Part shown: piece after piece, positions 61,004-64,000 of the stretch | Layout: the number at the start of each line of letters is the position of its first letter | How positions within the stretch are numbered: the first letter of the stretch is position 1 | Assembly (NCBI GenBank): GCA_037447605.1 | Contig: CM074806.1 | Location: 248,001 to 312,000 of the forward strand | Origin: Zygnema circumcarinatum SAG 698-1b | Taxonomy: Eukaryota > Plantae > Zygnematophyceae | Direction: 5' to 3' | DNA: 64,000 bases | Position numbers and translations under genes: made by a program | Notes under the pieces: generated by a model | What the model saw: the letters and a program-made list of their open reading frames with translations, nothing else | Told to the model about the DNA's origin: nothing | Databases searched by the model: none

Positions 61004-62175
61004 GGCGTATGCAGAAAACTGCTTGCGTGTACGCTCTACCCGAATACAGCGCCTGCAAACGCTCGCCTTCAGAAAATCCTTGCGGATTTAACGAGCCAAA
61101 AGTAACAGGGACTTTCTCTCTCTCTCCCTCTCCCTCCCTCAGCCAACCTAAAAATTTCAGAAGGAGGGTTCAGTAACTTCAGTTCAGGCCCTGCAGCTTG
61201 CGTCCAACGGTTCCATGGGAGAGTCCCAAGAAGTGTCCCCCAACGAGACACCATTGTCCTCTGACAGGATATACGACTTCCATGTAGCCAGTTGAACTGT
61301 TATCAGACTGTAACAGGCCAGTTCATTTTTCTCAGAAATGCGATAAATCGCAGCTGGTCGTCATCTCGATACGGTATCGCGATATATCCAAAAGCTCAAT
61401 CCAGTCCGTCCGGTTAAGAAAACGGACGGTCTGGATTAAGAGTTTGAATTGACGATGTAGAGAAGCTGAAGGTCGAAGTACTGTACACGTGGCGAAAATC
61501 TAACGGTGGACGGAACGGCCGGTGCCGAGTTCGAGTCCTTGCGCGCCACTATTTGTAACTTTTGTGTGTATGAAGCCACTTGATGCCTCCCAAAATGAAA
61601 TTTGTTTTGGGTTTGATGACAAGCATGAAAGGGTCCAAACTCTTTTCAGACGACCAGTTTTGGCAGCACTCTTTTAACATTAATTCATCTATATTTGCAC
61701 TTGAAAAAAAAGAAAATGTATGCAGAAAGGGCCAGTGAAGGAATGAGAAAGTTGTAAAGTGGGCACGGCTCTCTTCACAACTCTATTCACATTGAAGACC
61801 GAGACGAAGTCAACACCATTGTCGCGAGGTAAAAAAGAAAAAACACGAGCTTTTGAGAGTATAGAAACATTAAAGGTTAAGTTATTTTTGAAAAAAAAAA
61901 TCTGGCCTTCACAACATACCCTCCTATAGCGCGCTGAAACAATGTTTAACCACAAAAGGCTGCGACAAGGCCTCTACAGTGTACAGCCTGCCCGAATTGA
62001 AGACCTGAGTCCCACTAATCTCCATAAGAAAAAAAAAGTTCCACTCCCTCACCTGTAATCGCATGCGTCTACAGTTAACTAATGCAGCGAACCGCTTAAT
62101 AGCACATACAGCAGCTGGTAAGGAGAATAACATTCTGCTTATTCCCCCAAAAAAATAGCAATTTGAGGCTACAGA

Positions 62176-64000
62176 TCAATCAAAAATCCGTTTCCCTGTT
62201 GCTGCGACATTCCATACAACAGCGCCTATCAAATAGAGAACTACCGCAACTTTGAAAACTTCGTCCCATGAACCTGCAATGTTTCAAACCCATTTACCCG
62301 AAATAAATAAATAAATTTAATTGCTTAGATGTGCCTCCTTCCGAGGTTTCCTTCAAAAAACAGGTCATGAAAAGTAAGCAAATAGGCTTTCCAAGAGACG
62401 AATGCAGTGAGTTAGAGTTTGAGGGCCTTGGACAAGGTAACTCCCATTTGCTGGGGATGGCTAGGAAGAAGGGAGAGAGAGAGAAGGAAATGGAAGGAGA
62501 GGGAGAGGGAGGGAGAGAGGGGGAGTAAGAGAAGAGGAGGAGCGGGAGAGAGAGGGTGAGGGAGAGGGAGGAAGAGGAGGGAAAGATAGCAAGAGGGAGA
62601 GTGAGGGAGAGAGGTGGAGGGAGAGAGTCGGAGAGAAGGAAAGGGAGAGGGAGAGAGGGAGAGGGCGTGTGAGATTTCCTCTCCTTCTCCCTCTCCTTCC
62701 CCCTACCCCTTCCTCTTTCCCACCCCCTCGGAGTCTTCGAGCTTGCTGCATTACAAAACATTTAGGGTCCTTCACGAAGATAAGCGATAGTAAGGCTCAT
62801 CCAAGACAGGTAGAACAGACCACAAGGACTTACCATATTGAAGAATTTGACCGGTAAGGTAAGTTCCGAGCACTCCCGCAAGTACTCCAGCTGTGTTGGA
62901 AATCCCTAAGAGCACACCCTGCGACCATGCATTCCAACAGAAGTCAGTTGCTACACAAAGAAAACTACACATACACGTACTACACATGCAGCCCGTAGTT
63001 TCGTGTCGCCTAAGAAGATTTAGAGATCACTACACTACATTGTCGCAGAGAAAGAACGCAGGAACAAGAGAGACAGGGAAGAGATAGAGAGAGGGGAGGG
63101 GGGGAAGAGAGAGGGAGAGGAAAAGAGAGGGGAAGCGACATGGGGGGGATTAGGAGGAGAGAACATATTAGAATCACAAGGCTTACTGAGTATCTTGGAC
63201 CGATATCTTGATGGTTGGAATAAAGTCCCGACTGTGAGAACGCGTCCATTCCCTGTAATCCCATTCTTTATTCCAACCGTGAGTATATGGCGGCAAGCTT
63301 TCGGCCTTCGAGGGATTGGAGTTTTGGGCTTTCTATAACTTTCAAGGGAATAGGGTTGGAAACAGAGTTCATATAGGAGGGAAAGTGAGAGGGGGGGCAG
63401 GAAGAGAGGGAGGGGAAGGNNNNNNNNNNGAGGGGGAGGGGGAGGGGAAAAGGGGAGGCACCTGTGATGCCATCATGCACAACACTGCAAGGGGCGGAGA
63501 TGTGATGTTAGGCAGCTGCCAGAGGCAGAAGGCAGGCCCCAAAAATCCGATCGTTTGCATCAGCTGCAAACAACAAAGCCACGAAAACAACAAATTGGGG
63601 ATTGCTTCAGTTTAAGTCACATTACCCCGAAAAACACCAAAGCAAAAAAAAAAAACGTCCAGGTCATACTGCGGTATGCATGGTAAAGCGGGAGAGGGAG
63701 GGGGGTGAAAGAGAAAGGGAGGGAGAGGCGACCTTTCGTACGAAGGTAACATCGACTCCGCGTGAGATGAGTGTGTCCGCTATCCAGCCTCCCACATTGG
63801 CTGAGATAGCCATCGTAAGCCATGGGAGAACTGAGAACAGACCTGACTGAGCTAAGTTGAAGTGTAACACCTGAAACCCAGCATATACAAAGACAACAGA
63901 TAGTCACTCTTACATATCTTAATCATCATGAAAACCCAGAATGAAATGATGAGTAACGATGAGGATGATCGAGATAGTAATGATAGATAATGATGATAGT
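62176..64000 (-). CDS. PHT4: PHT4/ANTR (SLC17) anion transporter, 3' part; continues beyond the window
   Basis: LFSVLPWLTMAISANVGGWIADTL..VRK|MQTIGFLGPAF..ASQ|GMDAFSQSGLYSNHQDIGPRYS|GVLLGISNTAGVLAGVLGT..GQIL|GSWDEVFKVAVVLYLIG..WN..ATGKRIFD*. Confidence 0.93.

Overview
Eukaryotic nuclear DNA with intron-rich, plant-like genes, long (CT/GA) tracts in introns and six 10-N scaffold gaps. The gene set and style suggest a streptophyte alga or early-diverging plant (inference). Twelve spliced genes can be assembled by eye: tetraspanin, an orphan three-repeat protein (5' end not found), NUP42/CG1-like CCCH-FG nucleoporin, ARPC4, GT92 GALS-like, NAA40, a DUF1499 plastid protein, a GT8 glycogenin-like protein, plastid RPL35, GT43 IRX9L-like, RPB9 and CCT2. 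The 3' part of a PHT4/ANTR transporter runs off the right edge. Two accessory regions stand out. (1) At 9.2-11.5 kb a GC-rich dispersed repeat carries two ~450-bp TRIMs inserted 15 bp apart. Each has LTRs, an iMet PBS, a PPT and a 5-bp TSD, and their LTRs contain a tRNA-derived Pol III-like module; this is the best candidate for an undescribed system. (2) At 26.2-36.8 kb a mosaic block holds a frameshifted NAA40 5' duplicate, an intron-retaining VPS51 fragment, a 6.3-kb satellite interleaving a 14-mer with TTAGGG-type telomeric repeats and five copies of a splice-site-flanked cassette, and an inverted, TRIM-free copy of the GC-rich repeat. All family assignments are from motif recognition; no database searches were run.
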